From Escherichia phage BYEP02: a DNA stretch of 64,000 nucleotides. The notes under the pieces are model-generated. The model ran no database searches and was not told where the DNA came from. It saw only the letters and a list, made by a program, of their open reading frames with translations. The stretch lies in the sequence record OR757454.1. The stretch is one strand, 5' to 3'. Positions 38,532 through 51,180 of the stretch are shown here, in pieces (positions within the stretch are counted from its first letter, which is position 1; each line of letters opens with the position of its first letter). Made by a program: the position numbers and the translations under genes.

Positions 38532-40188
38532 TCTTTTACCTTAATTATGTAGTTTAAAGAAATGTTCCATGGACGTGTTTCATTTCCAATTAATTCAGGA
38601 CGATTTAATGTATATTTGGAATTACGCTGCGATTCTGGGTCAATTTCATATCCGTCATTGGTGAAGTATGAACGGTTATCCCAGTCAAGTCCTTTACGTG
38701 TACCAACAAAATTTGATCTACGGGTATTACCGAATGCCCCAGAATCATCATGCTCACCAAATCCACCAGCATGTTTATGATAAGACATCTGCTGTTTTTG
38801 TACTTCACCAACATATCCACCGGTACAACCTACACCTAATCTAGGCTTACCAAATTGGTCATTACCATTAACGTTTGGATTTGTTAAGTGAGAGCCACGA
38901 CCAGAGCCACGAACAAAAAGACCACGCATATCAGGTAATCCAGGATTTGATGAGCTTCCGCCGTATCTTGTTCCAATTCTGAGCCGCGAACAAAAAGACC
39001 ACGCATATCAGGTAATCCAGGATTTGATGAACTTCCGCCGTATCTTGTTCCAATTCTAGAAGCATATAATGGACAATCTGATGCTGAAACAGTTCCACCG
39101 TGGCAAAAACGCCAAGCATCACTAGGAAGACTATCAGCGGCCCACATCATAATAGCTCCGACAGGAATAGTTCTATCAATTTCATTTTGTGTTACGACAC
39201 GCTTACCTTGAATATAACCACCGGTCATGTTAACTGTTCCGGTAATATTTGCTCCACCTGAAGCTATTGTAAGCGTGTTATTAATGCGGAGTGTTCCATT
39301 AATAGTTTGACCGCCTCTTTGATGGATAACGTCAGCATTCCAAGCTAGTGCTGATGAAGCATCACCTCCACTCTGTGAGCCGGCAGTTGTAGTTAATTTA
39401 ACTACGCCTCTCATTGACGTTGTAGAACCACGACCATTAAGAGTTGCACCAGTAACAGCAACAGAAGCATTATTCGAGTTAACTTCTGACTGTGTTCCTA
39501 ATTTAATTACGCCTTTATATTCTTCAGTAGCAGATGAATTCATAAACGTATAAGGAGAAATTGCATAGCCTTCTCTTAAAGTTCCCTGACGAACCTGCGC
39601 TACTGTTGCTAATTGAACAACACCTTGGTCCGATTCGGTAGCTGTGGTTTCAGAAGGAGCAATTTGCGCAATTAATTTAATAGCTAACTGCTGCGTTTTT
39701 AATGGAGTCATTGCAGTAGTATCATCTGCACCAGCTAATGCTTGCGGTAGAGATGATAACTTAATAACGCCAAGTGAACTTTCAGAAGAAATTCGTGTAT
39801 CAAAAATGTGATTAATTGCTGTAGTAAATTTAGCCGGAGTTATAGATGATTCATTATTAACACCAGCTACAGCTTCATCGTCTGTTGAATAACGTGTAAG
39901 TCCATAAACTTCTTCGGTAGCATTTGGATATGATAATCTTGTTGCCAACGTTGCCGGTGTAACTGCTTTGGTATTATTAGTTCCATCTATAACTTCCTGT
40001 TCAGTGGCAAGAAATAAAATTCCCTTTGTTGTTGACGATGCATCAGGAACTCCATTTACGCCAGCAGGAGAAATGGCTGCTATAGCAGCTTGAACATCAG
40101 TAATCTCTTCCGGAAAATTTGTACCAGTTGGATCAAATTTTACATAACGAGATTCATTAGAAACGTGTTGATATGTATTATTACTCAT
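38528..40188 (-). CDS. 12: short tail fibre gp12, one 77-nt duplication inside
   Basis: [28 protein letters not shown]...; 527 aa + 77 nt. Confidence 0.9.
38904..39057. repeat. 77-nt tandem duplication
   Basis: Adjacent copies, 2 mismatches; in gene 12. Confidence 0.85.
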
Positions 40189-40844
40189 GCTGTTCTCTCA
40201 AAATGATAAAGTACTGTAGGAGTCTGCTGATTATCTAAAGTTACAGTTTGTGCGCCTAATAAATTCCATGTACCATAGCCAGGTTTAGACTCAGAAATAA
40301 TTTCCTGCGAAATAGTTATTCCATATGTAGAATATGTGCTTAATACATGTTTTTGATTGTCTAAATAAGTAACTTCTAATTTACTACCATCTGTTGGATG
40401 GTCTTTATATGAATTGATAGCAGTAAATGACGCAATAGCTTCTTGTAGTGCAACACGAACTTTGGCAACAAACTCGATAGCTGTCATTCCGGTTGTTGCT
40501 GAAACTGGAAGACCAAATACTAATACAGTAACAGGAGAACCAGGAGGAAGCGAATCATCTGTCACAGTTCCTGAAAATGCCCAATAATCAGTTTGAGAAA
40601 CACCCTCAGGAGAAACACCAGTTTTATTAGTAATAATTGTACCAACGTCTTTTATAGAAAAATTATGAACGTCATTAATAGCTGATTCTACGTTTGGTTC
40701 ATAAAATCCTTTCGCTAATTGAGAAATTGTCACTGACCCAACTGATTGACGATTCATTACATCTATATTACCAGCTTTAGGTCTAAAACCAAGAAAATCG
40801 GCTAAGCGGGAAATAACTCCCGCTTTATTATTAAGTAAACTCAT
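40185..40844 (-). CDS. 11: baseplate wedge / short-fibre attachment protein gp11 (219 aa)
   Basis: [20 protein letters not shown]...; start inside copy 1 of a junction duplication. Confidence 0.85.
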   Translation of the reverse strand: MSLLNNKAGVISRLADFLGFRPKAGNIDVMNRQSVGSVTISQLAKGFYEPNVESAINDVHNFSIKDVGTIITNKTGVSPEGVSQTDYWAFSGTVTDDSLPPGSPVTVLVFGLPVSATTGMTAIEFVAKVRVALQEAIASFTAINSYKDHPTDGSKLEVTYLDNQKHVLSTYSTYGITISQEIISESKPGYGTWNLLGAQTVTLDNQQTPTVLYHFERTA

Positions 40845-40953
40845 TATGCAATCCTTATCCAACGATAAACTGTAATAGCTAAGCGGGAAATAACTCCCGC
40901 TTTATTATTAAGTAAACTCATTATGCAATCCTTATCCAACGATAAACTGTAAT
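40800..40953. repeat. 77-nt tandem duplication
   Basis: Spans gene 10 stop and gene 11 start. Confidence 0.85.
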
Positions 40954-42729
40954 ATATGGTTGAATGTTAGTTATTGATGTTGGCGGAGTGTGAGTAGAGT
41001 TAGTAGATGCTTTAGCTTCACGGTATTTAGTGTAGATTGGACCGGATTCATCTGGATCGTATTGACACCCACCAACAATGACTGATCCATTTTCATCAAC
41101 TATTAGAACTTCTTCATCTGTTTCAGTTGCAGGAAGATTAGCATTTTCCAATGTAACAGAAGTAGAACCACCTGTTCCACCTGCAGTATGTGAAGGATTT
41201 CCACCCGAATCTAAATCGTTGTTATTTAGAGCAAAGTTAGGGTCCGAAATATCTTCATTCCATCCAACTAAAACTTTTCCTTGCCCAAATAATTTCCATG
41301 AGCCGAATCCCATATATGTAACAGGGTTATTTGGATTAACAGCGTTTTCATATATAGTTCCAATAGGATAAATCGTATCAAAGATATTTGAAACAGCATT
41401 AAATTCGCGTTGGTAAGATTGAACTGCTTCTACATTTGGCCAACCAATTTTATCGAAGTCTGTTAAATTTACATCACCAGAAATATCTACTCCCGGTCCT
41501 TGCGATACATAAAGATTATCAGTTTCATCAATAATCTCATCTTTTGTTAATAATGTACCCAAATCATTATTAAACCAGGTGATATTGATAATGTCACCAT
41601 GCTCAAATACTCTATCGAAATGTAAAATTTCCGGTATGCCGTTTTCATCAGTTTCAACTGAATAATCGGTATGAGATTGTTCCCAAGTTCCACCTAAAAC
41701 AGAGCATTCTACTTCATCGTCTGAATCGGCACCAACACAATGAAATAATGGCATTCCAACTGTTCCAGCCAATTCCTGCAAAATCCCGTTAAAACGAACC
41801 TCAAGAGAATTAGGATTAATAGGTTCTCCTGGAATTAATCCAAAAGCAGAAAATGGAATTGATTTCATTGTTGATAAATCAGTAACGTAAATACTTCCTT
41901 CTAAAGAAGTTTTTGACGTTAATTTTGAATCTAACAATCTAATTTGACGTCTTGTATATGAACTTCTCCACTGCGATACACCATCCATAAATGTTTCAAT
42001 TTGAACAGTGTCACCAATATTACAAGGCTGTCTTAATCGAATATTAAATCCATCAAGAGGAACTAGTTCTCCTTCATTTTCGCCCGGAGAGCCAAAATCG
42101 CTGTTTTCGCTAAACACATCGCCGTAATACAATTCGTTACCACGATGTTTTACTCTGATGTTATTTACATTATAACTGGTTCCACGGAAAACATCTAAAA
42201 AGTCTGTTTGTCCTTGGACTTCGACTAAAAATTCTTTACGAGCTACATTACTAATGTCTGAACTGGTAATTTTGTCAATTTGTTTATTTTTGACATATTC
42301 CCAACGTCCTGGGGCACAATACACTAGTTCTAAATCGCTGAATTGAACATTAATTTCAACTGGTACTGCAGACCCTTTAATCGTATCGCCGGAAGCAGCT
42401 ACTAGTGTAACTGGGTTGACGTTCCATGTAGCAAATACGTCTCTAGCTCTAATTACCTTGTTGTAATCATTAACTGTACCCTTTGGAAGATTTATAGTCA
42501 CTCTTCCAGAAGATGTATTAATAGCGTATGATTTTCCCCATTCTGCTGTTAATGTTTGTCCTGATGAAGCATTATAAGTTTTCCAGGCACCAGCTGAATA
42601 TGGAACATCACCATCACCGAGTTCATAATAAAGCTCATCAAAGTTTTCATTTATTTTTATACCACCTTTACGCAGGTAGTCACCGGTACCATCATCTACA
42701 ACATTACCGATATTAATATTTTGTTTCAT
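40921..42729 (-). CDS. 10: baseplate wedge protein gp10 (602 aa)
   Basis: 602 aa; gene order 9-10-11. Confidence 0.9.
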   Translation of the reverse strand: MKQNINIGNVVDDGTGDYLRKGGIKINENFDELYYELGDGDVPYSAGAWKTYNASSGQTLTAEWGKSYAINTSSGRVTINLPKGTVNDYNKVIRARDVFATWNVNPVTLVAASGDTIKGSAVPVEINVQFSDLELVYCAPGRWEYVKNKQIDKITSSDISNVARKEFLVEVQGQTDFLDVFRGTSYNVNNIRVKHRGNELYYGDVFSENSDFGSPGENEGELVPLDGFNIRLRQPCNIGDTVQIETFMDGVSQWRSSYTRRQIRLLDSKLTSKTSLEGSIYVTDLSTMKSIPFSAFGLIPGEPINPNSLEVRFNGILQELAGTVGMPLFHCVGADSDDEVECSVLGGTWEQSHTDYSVETDENGIPEILHFDRVFEHGDIINITWFNNDLGTLLTKDEIIDETDNLYVSQGPGVDISGDVNLTDFDKIGWPNVEAVQSYQREFNAVSNIFDTIYPIGTIYENAVNPNNPVTYMGFGSWKLFGQGKVLVGWNEDISDPNFALNNNDLDSGGNPSHTAGGTGGSTSVTLENANLPATETDEEVLIVDENGSVIVGGCQYDPDESGPIYTKYREAKASTNSTHTPPTSITNIQPYITVYRWIRIA

Positions 42730-43672
42730 TATTGAGCCACCCCGATTTTCTGCGTAGCGATAACTTTAACTGCTGCTCTCATACCGACAGTTGAAGAACT
42801 TATAGTCGCCGTTCCACCCCGATTTTCTGCGTAGCGATAACTTTAACTGCTGCTCTCATACCGACAGTTGGAGAACTTATAGTCGCCGTTACATAATTTT
42901 CTTTAATACTAAATGCAATATTAGCGATTTCGTCTTCTTCGGTTTCATTCCCAACTCGCATGACAGCATATTCAGAAGAAATGACCTCTGAATTAACAGT
43001 ATCCACAAGAATATTTATTTCTGCCGTTTTAATTTTTCTTCCATCTACTGATTGGCACGTAACTAGCAATTTAGCCATATTGTATTCAGTGCGATGAAAT
43101 AATGGAATGTCAACTGATCCAGATGTAGAAATATTCCATGTACCTTCAGCTGGTGATTCCTTTTGTCCAAACATACTTTCAATAGAATAATTCCAAACCG
43201 ACGTAGAATTATCAGATGAAATACAGCGTAAAGTTACTTTACTATATGGACTAGTTACTACTAAATTACCCGAAACACCTTTAATTGAATCAATAGCTTG
43301 AATTGTTAAAGGATTAGTAACTGATATTGATCCATTTGAGTTAATGAATTCAACACAATCGCCGAGTTCGCCTCTTTCAATGATAACTTTAACACCTACA
43401 GTAGAGGTATCAATATCATGTCTAGTGCCAACTTTCACTGGAGTTGCGTACTCTGCAATAGAGTGTTTTTGATAATATCCAGTAGCATGAATAATTTGAC
43501 CATCTGCTCCAGTGCCGTTTGCTACTGCCATTTTACGCTGATCGCCAAACGCATTATAAATTGCGTTAAAATCACTATTAATTTTATTACCACCGTCGAA
43601 TAAGATATCACCAGTAGAAGCGTTACCAATTTCGCCGGTATCAATCAATTTCTTTGGTTCTTGAATGAACAT
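42729..43672 (-). CDS. 9: baseplate wedge / long-fibre socket gp9, 77-nt duplication at the 3' end
   Basis: 288 aa + 77 nt; TATAAATA 25 nt upstream; stop overlaps gp10 start (TAATG). Confidence 0.85.
42738..42891. repeat. 77-nt tandem duplication
   Basis: Adjacent copies; gene 9 3' end just upstream of gene 10 start. Confidence 0.85.
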
Positions 43673-43696
43673 AGCGGTTTCCTTATGAGTTTATAG

Positions 43697-43704
43697 TATT
43701 TATA
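43697..43704 (-). promoter_or_regulatory. late promoter core TATAAATA (gene 9)
   Basis: Reverse-strand motif 25 nt upstream of gp9 ATG. Confidence 0.6.
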
Positions 43705-43712
43705 AAGAAAAA

Positions 43713-43730
43713 GGGAGCCCATGGGCTCCC
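43713..43730 (-). terminator. hairpin GGGAGCCCATGGGCTCCC after gene 8
   Basis: Perfect palindromic hairpin upstream of the gene 9 late promoter. Confidence 0.55.
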
Positions 43731-43735
43731 TTAAT

Positions 43736-44817
43736 TTAAAATGTAAACAGAATATTGATTTCTTCTGTTTGATCCATTGCCATGATAATAGGTGGCCTAT
43801 TTTCCATATAAATCATTTCGCCCGAATGCCTCATTAAATCTTCCGGATCATAATAATCCTTTTCAGCTTTAACGTTTGGGTCATTTGGATGAGCTTTAGC
43901 TTCAAGAGGATTCGTGATTATTGATATTTGCCTAAATCCTTTATTTCCCGGCAGTGCAGCTTCAGGAAAATAAACTGAATCTAAATATGCTTTAAAACGG
44001 ATAGTATTTGCCTTAACACGGTAAATTAATCCAAAATCATCTTGTTGCCATGTGAGATTATCTTCATATCCCCATCTAGTCGGGTCTTCTTTTAATTCCT
44101 CAGGCCAAGGAACCACGATATATTCATTCGTGCATCTATTTATAGATACATCAGGCGGAATCTCAAAAAGGTATTCCCAAACATATCCGTCTCCATATAT
44201 TCATTCGTACATCTATTTATAGATACATCAGGCGGAATCTCAAAAAGATATTCCCAAACATATCCGTCCCCAGGTTCAATTGTTCCTTCAGCATCTCCTC
44301 GACCTTCAGGAGGAGTCATTGACCTAGCAGAAGGAGTCCATTTTCCACCTAACTTAAGGCATTCATCCTTATCAGTTAAAGATGCGATTGAACACATTCC
44401 GGTATCAGGAACATCTAAACAACGATATACTAACCAGCCTGCGCCTGATTCAGTAGCGTTGTAAGGAGCTGAGTTACACACTACAATATCGTTAATTCTA
44501 AATGTGTATGGATCCGGATATCTAGTATCTCCCCAATCTCTACGAGGAATAACAGCATCAAGCATTGATGGAAGAACCTTTACTGTTCCCATCATATGCG
44601 TCCACATGTCAGTTACACCTAATACAGAATCAGTGGGATAAGGCGGGGCAAAGCCCGCCTCATTTTCATTTGATGACCACGGTTCTGATCTTCCAAATGT
44701 GATAAAGATAGTGTTTTTATCCGGACCACTTCCAATTGAATTATAAAAATTCAACATTTTTTCTGTTCTAAATTTTGAAGTAACTATCGCACGATAGATA
44801 ACACTTGAATCATTCAT
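43736..44817 (-). CDS. 8: baseplate wedge protein gp8, one 77-nt duplication inside
   Basis: 334 aa + 77 nt; followed by GGGAGCCCATGGGCTCCC hairpin. Confidence 0.85.
44119..44272. repeat. 77-nt tandem duplication
   Basis: Adjacent copies; in gene 8. Confidence 0.85.
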
Positions 44818-47800
44818 CTATTTTAACCTGTGTTGGATTTTCAGGGTCTCTTGGATTTCCTATATTATCTTTTAGACGTTTATTAACTAAATCTCTAAAT
44901 TGCGCAAATGTTGTTCCAGATGCATCAAATAAAGGACTCATTAATTTACGTCGTTCAGACGGCAATTGACCTTGAAATATTGAATTATTATTTTCAGCAT
45001 TATAGTCATCAGGAAGAGGATATTTTACGCCAGCCATTGGGCCAGGCTCATAAATTGCTTCGCCTGTTACTGAATCATGCTCAATTTCACCGGTTGGAGT
45101 CAATTTAGCTACTCTATCAGCGTATTCAGTAGGCAATCCAGAATCCCATTTATAGTTTTTGTATTTATTAATTATAGTCTCTGTATGTTTAAGAGTTAAA
45201 CCGACATTAATAAACATTGTTAAAAGGGTAATTGCTATAAATCCAAATCCTACTGGATGAACAAAACGAATAACGTCAGATTTCCAGCGGGAAGAAGGTA
45301 AATTGGATTTAATTTTCATTACATAGTATGATCTACTTCTATTAATATAGTCTATATTGTTTTGAAGCAAATCCTTTCCTTTAACGCCACGAATAATTTC
45401 GCCTTCAAAACCAGGGAGTCTTTCTGCTTTAACTTCTTGACCAGCAATTAATCGTCCCAAAAGATTATGAATAGTTACGGTCCATTGCAATTTACCATTA
45501 GAATAGCTTCTTTCTATATAAGTAACATTACATCTTCCTGTTGCCGTATAAATCGTTTGTCCTACTAATTACCATTAGAATAGCTTCTTTCTATATAAGT
45601 AACATTACATCTTCCTGTTGCCGTATAAATCGTTTGTCCTACTAAATCTTCAGTCAAAGAATCAGATTGAACGATTATGTCATATTCAGTACCAGCCCCA
45701 GATTCAATTTCAATTTCAACTTCTTCATTATAAAGAACTTTAAAAAGAAATTTGTATGATGCTTCAATTCCTTTAGTAGAATAAAAATCATAGCTACGTG
45801 ATTCAAAGAATCTCGCAACAGCATCGCGTTTGTCAGCATTTAAATAAATGTTTCTTTTATATATCTCTGACCACAAATATTCCCATGCATGCTCTTCTCG
45901 TGGATATTGGTTACGAATTAAATTTCGTAAATTGTTATACTGAGTTCCATATCCATCAGAAAGATATTGAATATATGCTTCGCAAAATGCTTCAAAATTC
46001 GAATCCTGTAACAAATAAGAATCAGGCATCATTGTGCCAATTAATGGTCTTAAATCAGGGTCAGCTAATCCACGCTCTTCTTCTGGTGACCAAGGAGTCT
46101 CATGCTCTTGGTTTTGTAAAAATGCTTTTAAAAATACTTCAGTTGGCTTCCAAATAATTTCTACTGTATCTCTCACACGATAGTTAAAATCATAGTAAGA
46201 AATTATTTCACCGGAGGCTTTGTAGAAAAGCATTCCTGATGCGTATTTTTTAAATCCAGTGAATTTGACATTTGGCATTACTATAGTGCAATCACCATCA
46301 TCCCAGTATTCATGAACTAATCTATCTGGTGATGTTTCCGGAATATTTTCTATAACTTTAGTGTATTTTAAATCGGCATAAACTACTACAGCTCTATCAG
46401 AGTTGTTTATCCAACAACGTGTGTTAGATTTTTTAGACCAATTAAAGAACGGTTCTGCGTAGTATTTCATCGGTTGAGGAGTAAAAGTCTCCCAATCAGA
46501 TTTTTCATCCGCTATAAACGCCATCATATGATAATGTTTATCAGCTAACCATTCACGAGGAAATTCATATTTAACAGCACCGATTAACTGGTATTTTACA
46601 GCAGTTTCAGGGTCATTAACAACGTTATCACTTAAAAATTTAAAATTACTCGAAGACAGAGAAACTAATTTACCATCAGTTGACATATTCGCATATCCGG
46701 GTTGAATACGTCTTCTTTCTTCTTCGGTATTACCAAAAACTCTTTTCCATGTTTTTTCATCATGATTTAAAACATATATTCCTTTATCAGCGGAATCAAT
46801 TATTTTTGATGTTCTAGGATTAGCATTTAATGTTTCAACTTCACCAATAATAAGAGCAAAAACTTTATCACCTCAATTATTTTTGATGTTCTAGGATTAG
46901 CATTTAATGTTTCAACTTCACCAATAATAAGAGCAAAAACTTTATCACCGATAGAATCCATTTTATAACATACTGCTTTAGGATTTCCGGTTATAGTCAT
47001 GGTATCAGGTTCAAAAAGTCTTTCCGAATATGTTGGAGATAATGGATCAGAATCTATAGGTGCATTACTCGTTTTTATGTATCTAACTTTGTCTCTGGCG
47101 ACAACGTAAATGTAATCATCGGTGCAAGTAATAGCTTCTGCAATGCGGTATACATTAGCTGGCAAAGTCGCGTAAGTGGCAAAAATTTCTACATCAAATC
47201 CTAAATGAAGTTGGTCTCCTAATTTAGCAAATGTTATATCCTGTGAACTGAATCTGACATCATCTGCTGACCATCTAACATCAGTAGATTTGCGGCCATA
47301 GAAAATCTTGTCGTATCCTAGAACGTATGTTGTGTTCGCAGATTGGTAATATACTGTCTTAGATAAAGGATATCCTACGCGGTCATTGAAGAGCTTTACA
47401 GCTTTCCAAGTTTGTCCTTTATCATTGGATACTTTAACTACAGGTTGATAGCGCTCAAAAAGGTATAGAATCCCTTCTGATTCCATCAAATAAACTCGGT
47501 TAATATCCTTACATACTTGCTGAATAGAACCTTGTATTTCATGATACTCATTTTCACCAATAATAAAATTACTTATTGATGAAACATCAACATATGATGA
47601 ATAGAACCTTGTATTTCATGATACTCATTTTCACCAATAATAAAATTACTTATTGATGAAACATCAACATACGATGGGCTGAATTGAAATGATTCATTCA
47701 TCAATGCAGCCATTATGGTGTCATTATTAAAATTAACATAATCAGAATTATTAAGAGTGAACTTTTCCTGAATGAATTTATTAGCTAATTGCATTTCAAT

Positions 47801-48139
47801 CATGTTTTGAAATGTGTAAGCATTCGTAGCAAAAGTTTCAAACTCTTCAGTATAAATCCAATCAGACTGCTCAAAATCTTGCGCAGCTGTGGCTACTCTA
47901 ATAATGTATGATGTCAATGGATCAGCATCATCAAAAAAGAAGCTGTTATTTGCAGTATATCCTAAATTAATCCAACGATATTGATTACTCGGGAGATTTT
48001 CCCCCGAGTCTGTTTTTGTCTCAGCGATTTCTACAAAATAGTAGAAATTAGCACCAACGTCATCCCAGCGTACTTGCACCTGATTTGCGGATAACTTGGA
48101 AATTCTGAGACTAGTGACTGAAGGTGCTTTTACTGTCAT
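44810..48139 (-). CDS. 7: baseplate wedge protein gp7, three 77-nt duplications inside
   Basis: 3330 nt = 1032 aa + stop + 3 x 77; gene order 6-7-8. Confidence 0.85.
45492..45645. repeat. 77-nt tandem duplication
   Basis: Adjacent copies; in gene 7. Confidence 0.85.
46797..46950. repeat. 77-nt tandem duplication
   Basis: Adjacent copies; in gene 7. Confidence 0.85.
47524..47677. repeat. 77-nt tandem duplication
   Basis: Adjacent copies; in gene 7. Confidence 0.85.
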
Positions 48140-50195
48140 TGTGATATAGGCTCCAAATCGATAGTTAAGTATTGTGGACGTAAGTCATTTTCAAATACAA
48201 TCAGTGAACCATCGCGAGTAAAGATAACATCATCGGTTGGGTCAGAATATAATTCAATAGTCTGAACTTCAAATTTTTCAGATGTTAAATTAATTTTAGC
48301 GATATTCCAGTAAATCACATCAGCTGGATAATTTATTTCACCGATAACATAGTATTTGTCACGTCCATCAGAATTTGCTAATTTGTTAAAATCGTTGCCT
48401 GTATACGGCTGAATGTTTTCATTTTCTGTAACATCACCCGAAGCAAATGGACCAATAATAACTTTACCAATTCCTTTAGAATCTCGGTCTGTTGATACTA
48501 TGCGAACGTCATATAATACATCTTCTTCTAAACCAGTATCAGGATTTACAACCTTTCGTCCAGAATTAAATGAAAACGTATTAGATTCCATAGAACGGTC
48601 TTTTATTTGATTATTGTATTTAATACCTGCTTCAGGTGTTTTATAGAAGTTTTGTACTTCACGAACAATTTGAATTGTCGCTAATGAACCAATGATAGAA
48701 TGATCTGCATCATCTACATATGTCAACATCTTAGATTTAGCGAAAGATGAGTTAAAAATTTCTACGTCTTCGGTATAATAACGATCAATTTTATCAATTA
48801 TTTGACCTTCGAGCCACTGTTCGGATTCTTGCAGCTTATTTAAAGCATATGTGACTTTTAAATTAGTCTTAATAAAAAGATAATTAGGAGAAATAATTGA
48901 TGGCGTAATAGGAGCTAAATTATAGTCTTTGAGATAATTTTTAATATCTTCGCGCTGTACAGTAGTTAAATACAACCCTGATTTAGGTTTAGCAGCAATA
49001 AATGCATAACCAGGTTTAGTAGAATCAGTGAACGTCTGAACTGCTTGAATAATAGAACCAAATCTCTCTGAAACGAATGTATCATAGTCAGTTGCAGTTA
49101 CGCAGCGTTGCTGGGTTTCGCGTTTAATAGTACCCAATTCGCGAATACGTTCAATATCTTCTGGATCACCGCCGCCATCTGCCCCAACAAAATCTGGGTC
49201 ATCGTTTGGATTTTCATTAATGTTGATGACAGTTATATTTGTTAATGTATCTGCATATGAAAATCCGACTGCGCCATTCGCATCTGCACCGTTAGTACTG
49301 ATGTACTCAATAACAATCGTAGAGTTCTGGGTAGGTTTAAGACCTCCAATATAATTAGCAGTCAATGCTCCTTCTGCCGCATTAACAGAAATCTCGCCTT
49401 CACCAAAATAAAACTCAGTATTTCCATCAATAGTTTCACGCATGTAGTAAATTGTTGATGTAGAACCAGCATGAACCATTGACTTTCTTGTCCAGTTAAT
49501 CCATTCTGCTCCATCAACATATAGTTTAACTTGGTTTCTATCTATATTTTTGTCATAAATGATAATAGGTGTTAATTTATCATAAATGATTTCAGTTCTT
49601 ACTATACGTCCCTGGGCTCAATATTTTTATCATAAATGATAATAGGTGTTAATTTATCATAAATGATTTCAGTTCTTACTATACGTCCCTGGGCCAATTT
49701 TAAACGTGGAAAATATTGGTTATTTTTATCACGAATAGCAATAACGTCTTCGGTAGAAACGAAGTTATATGGATTAACAGAAGTATCTTTTGCATATGCT
49801 AAAAAGCGAGTTCCGCGAGGAATAGTAATGTAATTTCTATTCAATGCATCTGTGCATGTTAACATAATTTCGGTCTGCGCAGCGGATTTTGAAGTAGGTA
49901 AATATCCGTTATCTTGCGCAGCTTGAACAACTGAACTTCGTAAGTTAGCAGTACGCATAAAGCTTTCATACACAGCAGCATTACCAAACTGCTGAATGTA
50001 CAGCGTATTATAAGCCAAAAGGTCACACAGAACGTTTAATCTTGAGCCTTCAAAATCATAATCCAAAAATTCATTTTGGCCATTAAGCCATTCAATGAGG
50101 TTTTGTTTTATTTCAGCAAATGTACCCCCGACGAATATCTCGGGAATAGCATTTGCTGTTCTTGTTAATTGATAATTTACAGGGGTATTTGCCAT
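48136..50195 (-). CDS. 6: baseplate wedge protein gp6, one 77-nt duplication inside
   Basis: MANTPVNYQLTRTANAIPEIFVGG recognised; 660 aa + 77 nt. Confidence 0.85.
49541..49694. repeat. 77-nt tandem duplication
   Basis: Adjacent copies; in gene 6. Confidence 0.85.
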
Positions 50196-50203
50196 TTTAA
50201 ATC

Positions 50204-50574
50204 CTATTTAATGAATACTTTAGATGATGCCTGAGCCACAGTATCACCGCATGATATTGGATCAGCCATTTGAACAGCTTTCTTTCCAGTGACATATACC
50301 TTAGAAGTTCTAGGTTGTGTCACTCCGCCATGTGTTTCATATGGCTTTTTAATTTCTGTATGTTCTGTAATTGGATCACCTGCTACGAGAACAGCAATTC
50401 CTCCAGTGAATACTTTACTTTGTGTAGCATTCACAACTGTTGGAGGCCAGGATCGCCTGCTACTAGAACAGCAATTCCTCCAGTGAATACTTTACTTTGT
50501 GTAGCATTCACAACTGTTGGAGGCCACGCTTCATGGCCAGCAGTAACACACTTATCATAACTTAATCCTGACAT
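50204..50574 (-). CDS. 5.4: PAAR-repeat spike-tip protein gp5.4, one 77-nt duplication inside
   Basis: [29 protein letters not shown]...; 97 aa + 77 nt; between gp5.1 and gp6. Confidence 0.7.
50373..50526. repeat. 77-nt tandem duplication
   Basis: Adjacent copies, 2 mismatches; in gene 5.4. Confidence 0.85.
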
Positions 50575-51171
50575 TTATGGCCTCTCATACACATAGCTTC
50601 TCAGTTTATTAGCCCAACGACTCCAATTTCCAACTATAGTTTTAGTATAATTTTTAACGAGAGTTTTTCTTATTGGAGCAGGAGGATCCGTTGGTTCAGT
50701 AGTATCAGAAGATGACCTAGAATTACTGCCAGAACCTCCAGATTCACTTTGTTCTTGGTAGTCATATATTAATGTTACTTCGTAAGTGAATGTCTTCTGG
50801 AGGTTTTGAGGAGCTTTCCATAGATTTGTTCTTGGTAGTCATATATTAATGTTACTTCGTAAGTGAATGTCTTCTGGAGGTTTTTAGGAGCTTTCCACAA
50901 ATACAACTGAGTGTCAGAATCAGTAGGAAGTTCTTCCCATGAAGCAGCAGTTTTAAATTCATCACCTAAACGATATTTCAACGCGTCATTTCCAAATCCA
51001 AACACAGATTCATACGTTCCATATAAACGATTTTCTTCTACTAAAACCCCAGGAGTTTCTTCGTAACTAGTTATATTTATAGATACTAACGTTTCACCTG
51101 TTTCTAATTGAGCGGTAAAGGTGACGTCGATAGAAGAACCTTCCATGGATTCTCCTAAATCAGCGCTCATT
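50575..51171 (-). CDS. 5.1: gp5.1-like protein, one 77-nt duplication inside
   Basis: Starts MSADLGESMEG 10 nt after gp5 stop; ends ...YVYERP directly before gp5.4 ATG. Confidence 0.5.
50749..50902. repeat. 77-nt tandem duplication
   Basis: Adjacent copies; in gene 5.1. Confidence 0.85.
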
Positions 51172-51180
51172 GGAAGTATA